Origin: Candidatus Diapherotrites archaeon CG08_land_8_20_14_0_20_30_16
GTDB taxonomy: Archaea > Iainarchaeota > Iainarchaeia > Iainarchaeales > 0-14-0-20-30-16
Direction of reading: 5' to 3'
Assembly (NCBI GenBank): GCA_002779075.1
Contig: PEXK01000050.1
Location: 38,933 to 102,932 of the forward strand
DNA: 64,000 nucleotides
The translations under genes and the position numbers were made by a program. The notes beneath the pieces are model-generated. The model saw nothing but the letters and a program-made list of their open reading frames with translations, did not search any database and was not told where the DNA came from. This document shows, one piece after another, positions 1-8,506 of this stretch. The number at the start of each line of letters is the position of its first letter. Position 1 is the stretch's first letter.

Positions 1-1
1 A

Positions 2-433
2 GACGCCAAAGAGATTTATTCATTTGCAGGAATAAATGTAGGCGATGCAAGAATTACAAAAATTCCAGAATTATATTTTGCAGTAAATAAATTTGCAAAA
101 TCTGATAAACTAAAAACAAAATTAAAACCTGTTGCAAAGAACACAACTATTTCAGGCATTGCTGGACTAATTCTTAGTGAATCCGAAAAATTTGATTTGG
201 CTGGCACTTGCATATTGAGCGAAACATCAGCAAAGATTTATGGTGATTTTGAATCTGCAAAAGCCCTGCTATTATTTGTACAGGATTTTTTTGAAATAAA
301 AATTGATATGAAAGAAGTTGAAGAAGAAGCAAAAAAGATTTCTCAAGCATTCAAACAAGTAATAAAAGAATTAAAGAAAATCACTGATTCAGCAACACAA
401 GAGCCTCAAACCAAACCAACATATGTTAGATAA
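2..433 (+). CDS. Partial CDS (3' end), open to the window start. Possible PAC2-family proteasome-assembly-chaperone-like protein.
   Basis: The reading frame is open from position 2 to the stop at 431-433. The GIAGL...AGTCILSETS...D..SAKALL pattern weakly resembles the C-terminal part of the PAC2 family. Confidence 0.35.
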   Translation, partial: DAKEIYSFAGINVGDARITKIPELYFAVNKFAKSDKLKTKLKPVAKNTTISGIAGLILSESEKFDLAGTCILSETSAKIYGDFESAKALLLFVQDFFEIKIDMKEVEEEAKKISQAFKQVIKELKKITDSATQEPQTKPTYVR

Positions 434-434
434 T

Positions 435-1073
435 TTAAGATCTTCTATAAACATCCTGTGGCCTTCTAGGTGGTACTCTTCTTATTACTCTTTTTGGTTG
501 TGCTAATCTAACTCGTGCATCTCTCATTGCTGGTGCTAAAGGCATCAAATCTTTATCTTTAACCATTCTTAGCTGTCTATCAACAGAAATCCCAGAAAAT
601 GCACCTCTTGCTACTGCTTCTTCTCTTTTTAACAAATCTCCTAAGCTACTAAAGTATTTCTGTCTAACATAATAATGTTCCAAGCCTTCTGATGCCAAAA
701 ATTTGATTTCTTTAGGCATTCCAGGATTATCTAAAACAGATTTCAAAACGTTCTCGCCATTGCCTAAGAAGCCAAAAGACTCTATAACATACCTTCTAAC
801 AAATTGGTCACGCGACCTTAAATATTTTGCTAGATTCAACCAGGCCTGACCCAAATCTTTGCCTGCTTTTGCATATTCCAAAAAAAACACACTAATATTC
901 CGCCTAACCCCCTCAGAGTCATCTCCTAAACGGTTTGCAATGACAGCTAAGGCATTAGATGTCAAGTTACTCGGGCTTCTTTTAAACTCTCTTAACAAGA
1001 ATCTGGAAGCTGGTTCTCTAACTTCTTCATCACTAGAATTCAAAGCTAACAAGAACTGGTTCAAATTAGTCAT
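435..1073 (-). CDS. HEAT / PBS-lyase-like repeat protein with an Arg-rich C-terminal tail
   Basis: There are repeated ~30-aa units with a D/E-x-x-VRR motif (DEEVREPASRFL, DSEGVRRNISVFF, RDQFVRRYVIESFGFLG). The C-terminus is RRVPPRRPQDVYRRS. Confidence 0.4.
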   Translation of the reverse strand: MTNLNQFLLALNSSDEEVREPASRFLLREFKRSPSNLTSNALAVIANRLGDDSEGVRRNISVFFLEYAKAGKDLGQAWLNLAKYLRSRDQFVRRYVIESFGFLGNGENVLKSVLDNPGMPKEIKFLASEGLEHYYVRQKYFSSLGDLLKREEAVARGAFSGISVDRQLRMVKDKDLMPLAPAMRDARVRLAQPKRVIRRVPPRRPQDVYRRS

Positions 1074-1123
1074 AATTATATATAACCCAAAGCAATTTAA
1101 AGCCTTTTTGCCTAAAGTATAAT

Positions 1124-3418
1124 ATGCTTAAGAGCTTAATTCTTAACAATTGGAAAAGCCACAAAAACACAGAAATAAACTTCTCTCAAGGTTACAATGT
1201 TCTTGTTGGTAATATAGGCACAGGAAAATCAAGCATATTCGATGGTATTGTTTTTGCTCTTTTTGGCACAACCCCAAACATAACCTCTAAAAAAGTTCCT
1301 TTAAAGGATCTAATTATGTCTAAACCAGTTGAAGAAAAAGAATCAACAATAACACTTGATTTATCAATAGGTAATGATAATTATAAAATAGAAAGAACAC
1401 TTTACAGAACAAAAACTTCGCAGGCAAAAATATACAAAAACGATGCATTGTTAAGAGGCCCAAAACCATCTGATGTAACAGAAGAAGTAGAAAAGCTGCT
1501 CAATATTAATTTGGATACGTTTATGAAAGCTAATTACGCAGAACAAAACTCAATTGATTATTTTTTAAAACTGCCTGCAAATGAAAGAAAGGTCCTTTTT
1601 GATAATTTATTTGATATTAGTTTTTATGATAATATCTCTGTTAATGCACGACAAGTCAACAATAAATTAAAAACAAAAAATGAAGATTTACAACAAAAAA
1701 CAAATGAATATAAAAGACTATTAGAAAATTACAACAAAGAAAAAACAGAACACAAACTTAAAAGTATACAAAAAGACATCTCTGCAATAAGAGAACAGCT
1801 ACAACAGTTTGAAAAATTAAGGGGGCTACAAAAAGAAAAAGAATCAGAAATATCAAAACAAAAACAAGATTTTGAAACAACAACTAATCTCTTAAATAAT
1901 TTAATAGGCAAAGAAAAATATTTAGAAACAGAAATAATAAAATTGAAAGAGGTCTTAACTTGTAATATTGAAAAATTAGAACAGCAAATGATTACACTTA
2001 AAGAAGACAAACAAAAAATAACAAATAAAAAACAAAAAGAAGAACAAGAATATAACAACATAAGAAGTAAAACACTATTCTACAATAACAAATTAACAGA
2101 TCTTAACACCAAACAAGCTGATTTTATCAAAATAGAGGCACAACTAAAAGAGATTCCTAAAGAAATTAATGATTTAGTAAATAAATTAGTACAGGAAATT
2201 GAAAAAAGCAGAGAAAATATCACTCAAAATGAAACAAAGATAAACACTACTGAATTAGATATCAAAACATTAGAAAAAAGTATAGCTAATTGCCCTTTAT
2301 GCACTCAAGAATTGGCCCCAAAACATAAAGAAGATATTCTTATTAAAAAAGAACAAGAGAAAAAACAGCTTGAAGAACTAGCCCAGAAAGAGAGAAAAAT
2401 ATATGAACAATTAAAAAAAGATTATGATCAAAAAAACAAGCAGAGAGAATATTATAACAGAAATATCGAGGTTTATGAAAAAATCAAATCTGAATTAGTA
2501 GAACTGGACAAATACAAAAAATTAATTATTGAAAACCAAGAATTAGAACTTGCACATAAAAAAAGATTGGAAACAACACAAAAGGATTTGGATAAGATAG
2601 AAACAGTCCAGAAAGATTTAGAAAATAAATTAAAACAGATTTTTGATTTTGAAAATAAACAAAAGGACCTACAGAAAATCAAAGAAGAGTTAAAAGCAGA
2701 AAAGGAAAAACTAGATCATATAAAATATAATCCTGAAGAATACACAAAAATTAAAGAATTAACACAGAAACTAACAACAGAACACCAATATAAACAGGAA
2801 ATAATATTAGAAAAGGAAAAACAACAAAAAGAAGAACAATTTAAATTAGCACAGTATAATCAAATATTAGAAAATAAAGATAAAGCAGAAAAGGAATCCC
2901 AAACATTGGCTAGATATATTGATGATTTTACAATAATATCAAATGTATCAAAGAAAACACAAGAGCAAGTTAGACAATATGTTGTTGAAAGCATAAATAT
3001 TATCTTTCAGGACCTGTGGCAACAAATCTACCCCTATAAAGATTTCCAAAATATCAAATTCAATGTTAATGAAGGGGATTATAAAATCGAACTTTTCTTT
3101 AATAATGAGTACAAGAGAGAATTGGATGAGTTTATTTCTGGTGGGGAGAGATCAGCAATTGCTTTGGCTTTGCGTATAGCAATGTGTTTGGTAATGAAAA
3201 ATAAATTAAATCTAGTTATATTGGATGAACCAACACACAATTTAGACAAAAAAACAATTTTATCATTATCCAACCTGTTTAATAATTATTTACCACAGTT
3301 TGTTGACCAGATCTTTGTTATTACCCACGATTCAGATTTGGAACAGTATGCAAACAATGTTTATTACATTTCAAGAAACAAAGAAACAGATGGTGCTACT
3401 GAGATTAATGTTAAATAG
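1124..3418 (+). CDS. rad50: DNA double-strand break repair ATPase Rad50 (short form, 764 aa)
   Basis: The N-terminus is a Walker A motif (NWKSHKNTEINFSQGYNVLVGNIGTGKSSIFDGIVFALFG). A long K/E/Q-rich coiled coil has a central CxxC zinc hook (ANCPLCTQEL). An ABC signature (ISGGERSAIALALRIA) and a Walker B motif (LVILDEPTHNLD) follow. Confidence 0.85.
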   Translation: MLKSLILNNWKSHKNTEINFSQGYNVLVGNIGTGKSSIFDGIVFALFGTTPNITSKKVPLKDLIMSKPVEEKESTITLDLSIGNDNYKIERTLYRTKTSQAKIYKNDALLRGPKPSDVTEEVEKLLNINLDTFMKANYAEQNSIDYFLKLPANERKVLFDNLFDISFYDNISVNARQVNNKLKTKNEDLQQKTNEYKRLLENYNKEKTEHKLKSIQKDISAIREQLQQFEKLRGLQKEKESEISKQKQDFETTTNLLNNLIGKEKYLETEIIKLKEVLTCNIEKLEQQMITLKEDKQKITNKKQKEEQEYNNIRSKTLFYNNKLTDLNTKQADFIKIEAQLKEIPKEINDLVNKLVQEIEKSRENITQNETKINTTELDIKTLEKSIANCPLCTQELAPKHKEDILIKKEQEKKQLEELAQKERKIYEQLKKDYDQKNKQREYYNRNIEVYEKIKSELVELDKYKKLIIENQELELAHKKRLETTQKDLDKIETVQKDLENKLKQIFDFENKQKDLQKIKEELKAEKEKLDHIKYNPEEYTKIKELTQKLTTEHQYKQEIILEKEKQQKEEQFKLAQYNQILENKDKAEKESQTLARYIDDFTIISNVSKKTQEQVRQYVVESINIIFQDLWQQIYPYKDFQNIKFNVNEGDYKIELFFNNEYKRELDEFISGGERSAIALALRIAMCLVMKNKLNLVILDEPTHNLDKKTILSLSNLFNNYLPQFVDQIFVITHDSDLEQYANNVYYISRNKETDGATEINVK

Positions 3419-3452
3419 AAAAGAAATATAAATTATCGATAGTGATTATAAT

Positions 3453-4046
3453 ATGACTAGAACAATTGTATTGCCAAAAGAACTGGAAGAAAGATTATAT
3501 GGATTAATACAAACACGAGAAGAAAGTAATGGAATTTTGTTGTATAGGAAAGTTCAAGGTCATTGTTTTGTTGAACATTTGTTTATGACTGGCATTGGAA
3601 CAGAAGGCAATGTTAAAGCATTTCAAGAAAGGATGAATGTAGTAAATGAATTCTTTAGAGCACATCCAGAATATAAATATATAAAATTTCATGCACATAC
3701 AAAAGGAACTATTGAAAAACATGGTCAAAGATATGCAAGAGAATTTTCTTCTGGTGATAGAGCAGGTACACAAGAACAATTGAGGCACAATCCAGAATTT
3801 ATTGCTTTATTAGTAACTCCTGAAACCATCTTATTAGACGCACCAGACAATCCACAACTAAGAACTTGTCCATCTTTGCCTAAATTTATGCATGAAAAAG
3901 TTCAAAGAAAAATAAATGAAGCTGCAGAACGAATTGGAATTAGGTTAGGTAACTTTGATTTAGGTAGATTTTCAGGAACAAGAAGGTTAGCTAGAAGAAG
4001 ACCCTTTGAAGTTCATAAAAGAGCGCCAAGATCAAGACCGAGATAA
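3453..4046 (+). CDS. Hypothetical protein with a basic Arg-rich C-terminal tail, possibly a degenerate JAB/MPN-like domain
   Basis: The ORF is 197 aa. An H-x-H ... S-x-x-D arrangement (FHAHTKG...EFSSGD) has atypical spacing. The C-terminus is RRLARRRPFEVHKRAPRSRPR. Confidence 0.25.
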   Translation: MTRTIVLPKELEERLYGLIQTREESNGILLYRKVQGHCFVEHLFMTGIGTEGNVKAFQERMNVVNEFFRAHPEYKYIKFHAHTKGTIEKHGQRYAREFSSGDRAGTQEQLRHNPEFIALLVTPETILLDAPDNPQLRTCPSLPKFMHEKVQRKINEAAERIGIRLGNFDLGRFSGTRRLARRRPFEVHKRAPRSRPR

Positions 4047-4621
4047 TGTACCACACACCCTTATAAAAAACACATATTTTAAAAGAAATATACAATACAG
4101 TATATTGGTGGAAAAATAAATAAACAAGATGTCATTGCTAAAATAGGAAAAAAGAATTGGTTAAAATTTATACTGTTTATACGTGGACAAACCTGTAGAT
4201 TAAATAAAGGCAGCACCATTGAATATTATAAATGGGGTGTTAACAATTTTCTGAAGTTTGAAAAAGACAGATTCTTTGATTAAACAATATGTCCTACGAC
4301 ACATTATAATTTATTACTATAATAATACCGCAAATAATTAATTCATTCTTTTCAATACTTCTTTCTTTAATTCTATAAATTTAGTAGTTAGTTTAATATT
4401 TGAATTATAAAGAAAACCGAAGGTTTCCAAAGGTATATGATTATGATCGTATACTTTTATGGCTGTCTGTACGACTATAATCGTACACTATTTTTAGTGT
4501 AATATTTTCCTATTGACAAGAAAATGAAGAAATAGCACAAAACTACATTGCTTATTTCAAATATTTATGGAAAACTGTTGCAAAGAAATAACCAACATAA
4601 AATCAGGCTGTTTAGTGTGTG

Positions 4622-6289
4622 TTACATTCTTTCCAAAGGTTTTATGCCCATTATTGCAAAGACATCATTAAAAATGCTTTTCATTTTAGTGTAAAATAAG
4701 AATCTATTTGCTATTTCTTTGTCTTTTGTTATTAACTTGATGTTAGCATATGTTGTATTGAAATGATTTGCCAAGTCAGTAATGTAATTAACTAAAAAAT
4801 GCACAGATTCCTTTTCTATTGCTTCTGATAATCTATCAGGATATTTTAACATTATACGCCCAAGATTTAATTCTTCTTTTGTTTCTAATTTCTCAATACT
4901 TTTTAATGGTTTGAATTTAGTTTCTTGCATCTTTTTCAAAAGAGAACAAATCCTCGCATAGGAGTACAAAATGTATGGCCCTGAGTTGCCATCGAAAGAC
5001 AAACTAGTTTTTATATCGAAAACAAAATCTTTCTTAGCATCATATTTCAAAATGAAATATTTTATTGCAGCATCAGCAATCTGCTTTGCCTCTCCCTTTA
5101 AATCCTCAGAGGATTTATTGGATTGTTTTTCTTTTAATATTTCTAATGCTTCTTGTCTTATTGCATCTATTAATGTATATGCATCTACAACATTTCCTTC
5201 CCTGCTCTTTAATTTGCCAGATGGCAAAGAGATCATTCCATAAGAATAATGTTCCATTTTATCTGCAATTTCTGGGATGCCAATATGCTCTAAAACTTTT
5301 ATTAATTTATCAAAATAATCGTTTTGTTCTGAACCAACAACATAAATACTTTTATCTAATTTGTACTTTTCTATTTTCAACTTTGCCAAATAAATGTCTT
5401 GTGTAATATAAATACAGGTGCCATTTTTTCTTAAAACTACTTTATAATCTTCTGGCTTATCACCAAATTTCACAGTATAGCCTAATTCAGTATCTAATTC
5501 TACCTTCCCTTTGTTATAGGCATCAAAAATAATGTCCTTGCCTTTATCATAGATTTCTGATTCAAAAAACCAAACATCAAAATCAATCCCAAATTCATTA
5601 TATATTTTCTTCATGCCTTTTAATGCCCAATCATTCATTTTCGTCCATAACACCAAAGTATCTGGGTCTTTTGCTTCCCACTTTAATAAAAGAGCTTCTG
5701 CTTCTTCTATTATTTTGGGGTTTTCCTTTTCTGCATTATTGAATAGTACATAGCAGTCTCCTACAAACAAATCTGATTTCGTTTTTGCTTCTTCGGGGCT
5801 TTTAAATTTAGAAAATTTCATATATGCGAGCATAGATTTGCAAATATGTATTCCCCTATCATTAATCAGATTTGCTCTAACTACTTCGTATTTCTTTGAT
5901 AACAAATTAGATAACGCGTTTCCTAACAAAGTGTTTCTTACATGTCCAATATGCAAAGGCTTGTTTGTGTTTGGGCTTGAAAACTCAACCATTACTTTCT
6001 TTTTTTCTTTTTTAATACCTATATTAAACTCGTTTAAAAAAAAGACTCTATCCAAACAGATATTTACAAAATCATTAACTTGCTCAACGCAAGCTATCCC
6101 TTTATTCTTTGTCATTCTTGACTTAAAATCTTGGAAATCCAAATTTTTATTGGAGATAAAAATAGAACTTGCATAATCATAATTAATTAATTTAGAATCG
6201 CTAGTTGTTCTTTGTATTGTATCCAAAGGTATTTTTTTATTTAAAGATTCATAAATTAAATTAGATATATATTCTTTCAAAATAAACAC
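4622..6289 (-). CDS. argS: Arginyl-tRNA synthetase
   Basis: A class I HIGH motif sits in PNTNKPLHIGHVRNTLLGNALSNLL. The length is 555 aa. The C-terminus resembles a DALR anticodon-binding region. Confidence 0.8.
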   Translation of the reverse strand: MFILKEYISNLIYESLNKKIPLDTIQRTTSDSKLINYDYASSIFISNKNLDFQDFKSRMTKNKGIACVEQVNDFVNICLDRVFFLNEFNIGIKKEKKKVMVEFSSPNTNKPLHIGHVRNTLLGNALSNLLSKKYEVVRANLINDRGIHICKSMLAYMKFSKFKSPEEAKTKSDLFVGDCYVLFNNAEKENPKIIEEAEALLLKWEAKDPDTLVLWTKMNDWALKGMKKIYNEFGIDFDVWFFESEIYDKGKDIIFDAYNKGKVELDTELGYTVKFGDKPEDYKVVLRKNGTCIYITQDIYLAKLKIEKYKLDKSIYVVGSEQNDYFDKLIKVLEHIGIPEIADKMEHYSYGMISLPSGKLKSREGNVVDAYTLIDAIRQEALEILKEKQSNKSSEDLKGEAKQIADAAIKYFILKYDAKKDFVFDIKTSLSFDGNSGPYILYSYARICSLLKKMQETKFKPLKSIEKLETKEELNLGRIMLKYPDRLSEAIEKESVHFLVNYITDLANHFNTTYANIKLITKDKEIANRFLFYTKMKSIFNDVFAIMGIKPLERM

Positions 6290-6625
6290 CTAAATAGGTA
6301 AATTTGTTAAATGCCCTTTTTCTCTAAGTTTTTGCACTTGCAAAGGCAAAAATCGCCAAACAACTTCTGCTTTGTTTTCTTCGTATTCTCTTTTCTTAAT
6401 AATTATAACATCATTCTCTTTTATGAAAATTCTATTTCTTAATTTTCCTGGTATTCTCACAGCTCTTTCTAACCCATCTTCGCATATTGCTTTGATATAT
6501 TCTGTACCTGGCATAACTGTAACTAATGCAAACATTTCATTATTGTCTTTATCAGGTAATCTTAATTTATATTCCCTAGGGGGTTGATTTTGATTTCTAT
6601 TATGACTAAAAGCTATATAACTCAC
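6290..6625 (-). CDS. eif1a: Translation initiation factor 1A (aIF1A, S1/OB fold)
   Basis: The motifs MFALVTVMPGTEYIKAICEDGLERAVRIPGKLRNRIFIKENDVIII match the conserved eIF1A core. Confidence 0.8.
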   Translation of the reverse strand: MSYIAFSHNRNQNQPPREYKLRLPDKDNNEMFALVTVMPGTEYIKAICEDGLERAVRIPGKLRNRIFIKENDVIIIKKREYEENKAEVVWRFLPLQVQKLREKGHLTNLPI

Positions 6626-6641
6626 CTCAAAAATATTTATT

Positions 6642-7127
6642 TCAAATTTTTCTTATTGGATTTATTGCTCCACAAGCATCGCACTTAAGCAACAATACTC
6701 CTTTTTCTGTTATTATTCTTGTTTCTGGTTTCTTACACTGTTTGCACAAAACAAATTCATCTATATATTTATTATAAATTTGATTTACTTTGTAGGAATT
6801 TACCATTCCATTCAATATAATTTTAGTATCATCATTTGTTGCGGGCACACCTGTTTCTTTTACAAAATACTTTAGCATATGCAAAATTTCCCTTTTCAAT
6901 GTTTTACAAACTGGTCCTGCATTTTTCAATAAAGTCTTTTTACCTTGTATTAAATTTTCCAATTCAGGAATAACAAATCTTGCCTCTTCTTTATTGATAG
7001 TTTCCAATTGCTTCCTTGCTCTTTGCAACAAAGTGTTATAATCAAATATGTCTATTTCTGATTTTTCTTGTTTAATTACTTTTGGTTTAGTTTCCTTAAT
7101 TTGTTTAGAATCTTTTTTTGCTACCAT
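6642..7127 (-). CDS. eif2b: Translation initiation factor 2 beta subunit (aIF2-beta)
   Basis: The C-terminus has the Zn ribbon C..C...C..C ([27 protein letters not shown]). The central segment [28 protein letters not shown] is typical of eIF2-beta. Confidence 0.8.
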
Positions 7128-7151
7128 TAAAAATCCTCTTTTTTATTGAAT

Positions 7152-7188
7152 GTGTCAAAAACTAAGTGTTCTTGACACTTTGTAAAAG
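7152..7188. promoter_or_regulatory. Palindromic operator-like motif GTGTCAAAA-N13-TTGACACTTTGTAAAAG, upstream of aIF2-beta (minus strand)
   Basis: It is an inverted repeat GTGTCAA/TTGACAC. It is a near-copy of the motif at 28907-28968 and 29000-29015. Confidence 0.4.
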
Positions 7189-7213
7189 TTTTAGGATTTA
7201 AAACTTTCACACT

Positions 7214-7251
7214 CTGTTATAATTTCTGATTTTCTGAAGAAATTACAACTG
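7214..7251. promoter_or_regulatory. Copy Z of a repeated ~40-nt palindromic promoter/leader element (CTGTTATAATTTCT-N9-AGAAATTACAACTG)
   Basis: It is near-identical to the elements at 42575-42613 and 46113-46152. All three are upstream of minus-strand translation genes in the same orientation. Confidence 0.45.
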
Positions 7252-7316
7252 TCCATTAAAATACCTCAAAATTCGACGTTATATATAAAGCTCCTAAGTC
7301 TTTTAAAGGTTTACTG

Positions 7317-7958
7317 CTATTTATCCTTGAAAACAAGCACATATTTCGAGAAAAACTGCCTGACTTGATCAAAAATCTTATCATGACCTTTGGAATTAGG
7401 ATGCAAACCATCGTCCAAAAAAAGCTTTGGACTTGGCTTAAAAGAATCAGAAATATCTATAAAATAAACATCATATTCTTTACAAATTTTCTTTATAATT
7501 GCATTGTATTTTGAAATTAGCTGATTTGAGTAAGAAACTGTTTTATCCCATTCGCAAGGATTTACTCTTGATTCATCTACCTGCGTTAAACCTAAGAAAG
7601 CCACCTGAACTTTTAAAGCCTTTGCCTTAACAACTAAATCCTTTACATTATCTGTAAAATCATTTTCTGGAACAAGAGGCTTTGCAGCAATATTAGCATA
7701 TGCAGAATCATTTATTCCAAAAGCAAATAAAACTATTGTTTCTTCAGGATAATCTATTCTTTGCATAGCTTCAAAAGTGAACCTTTGCAACAATGTTTGT
7801 GATGTATCACCAGGAATGCTTAAATTGTATATAAAATCATAATTTGGCTTGATATCTGTATCTAGCTCCAAAAACTTTCTCAACTTAGGTACCCAACCAC
7901 CCTCTTTATCTGCAATACCATAGCTAATTGAGTCACCAAACACTAAAATACTTGCCAT
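7317..7958 (-). CDS. SGNH/GDSL-family hydrolase (lipase/esterase-like)
   Basis: The N-terminus ILVFGDSISYG is GDS(L) block I. A GINDS block and a DGLHPN block (catalytic His) are present. Confidence 0.6.
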   Translation of the reverse strand: MASILVFGDSISYGIADKEGGWVPKLRKFLELDTDIKPNYDFIYNLSIPGDTSQTLLQRFTFEAMQRIDYPEETIVLFAFGINDSAYANIAAKPLVPENDFTDNVKDLVVKAKALKVQVAFLGLTQVDESRVNPCEWDKTVSYSNQLISKYNAIIKKICKEYDVYFIDISDSFKPSPKLFLDDGLHPNSKGHDKIFDQVRQFFSKYVLVFKDK

Positions 7959-8034
7959 GAAAGATATATTTAGTAAAAGGATATAAAGCTTGCCTTAAAG
8001 AAAGGTTTTTTTATATGTTGCTTTTGTATATAAT

Positions 8035-8502
8035 ATGGTTAAAACCAAACAATTGAGTAATAAGGAATCTAAAGAGCTTATTTTGAAGTTTAATGAATTT
8101 GGTATTGATTTAAACAAATATAAAAGATTTGATATAGTTTCTGAAAAAACAGATATCTTGATTGCAGATAAAGAAACAGTAGGCTTTTATTATGGGAGCA
8201 AATGTTTTCCTAGTCTAAAGCTTTTACTTAATATCAATACACAAATACCTTCGATATATTTAGATTTAGGAGCAATACCTTTTATAACAAAAGGCGCAGA
8301 CTTAATGAAACCTGGGGTTAAAGACTTGGAAATATTTGAAAAGGGCTCTTTGGTAATAATGAAAGATGCAATTCACAAAAAACCTTTGGCATTAGGTATT
8401 GCAGAATTCAGCTCAGAAGAAATAAAACCTCTGAATAATGGTAAGGTAATAAAAACAATTCATTATATTGGCGACAATATCTGGAATTATGGCAATAAGT
8501 GA
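8035..8502 (+). CDS. PUA-domain RNA-binding protein
   Basis: The PUA-like C-terminus reads KGSLVIMKDAIHKKPLALGIAEFSSEEI...GKVIKTIHYIGDNIW. The ORF overlaps the polB start by a few codons. Confidence 0.5.
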   Translation: MVKTKQLSNKESKELILKFNEFGIDLNKYKRFDIVSEKTDILIADKETVGFYYGSKCFPSLKLLLNINTQIPSIYLDLGAIPFITKGADLMKPGVKDLEIFEKGSLVIMKDAIHKKPLALGIAEFSSEEIKPLNNGKVIKTIHYIGDNIWNYGNK

Positions 8503-8506
8503 GAAT

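Noticed and set aside
1729-3273. The antisense ORFs inside rad50 (1729-2061, 2473-2682, 3079-3273)
   Set aside because: They are Ser/Phe/Leu-rich low-complexity translations of the antisense strand of a K/E-rich coiled coil. This is a typical artefact.
1124-3418. An SMC or defence-type Rad50-like ATPase (Lamassu/Septu-type), as an alternative to genuine Rad50
   Set aside because: A central CxxC zinc hook, a Rad50-type N-terminus and the ABC signature are all present, so genuine Rad50 is the simplest reading.
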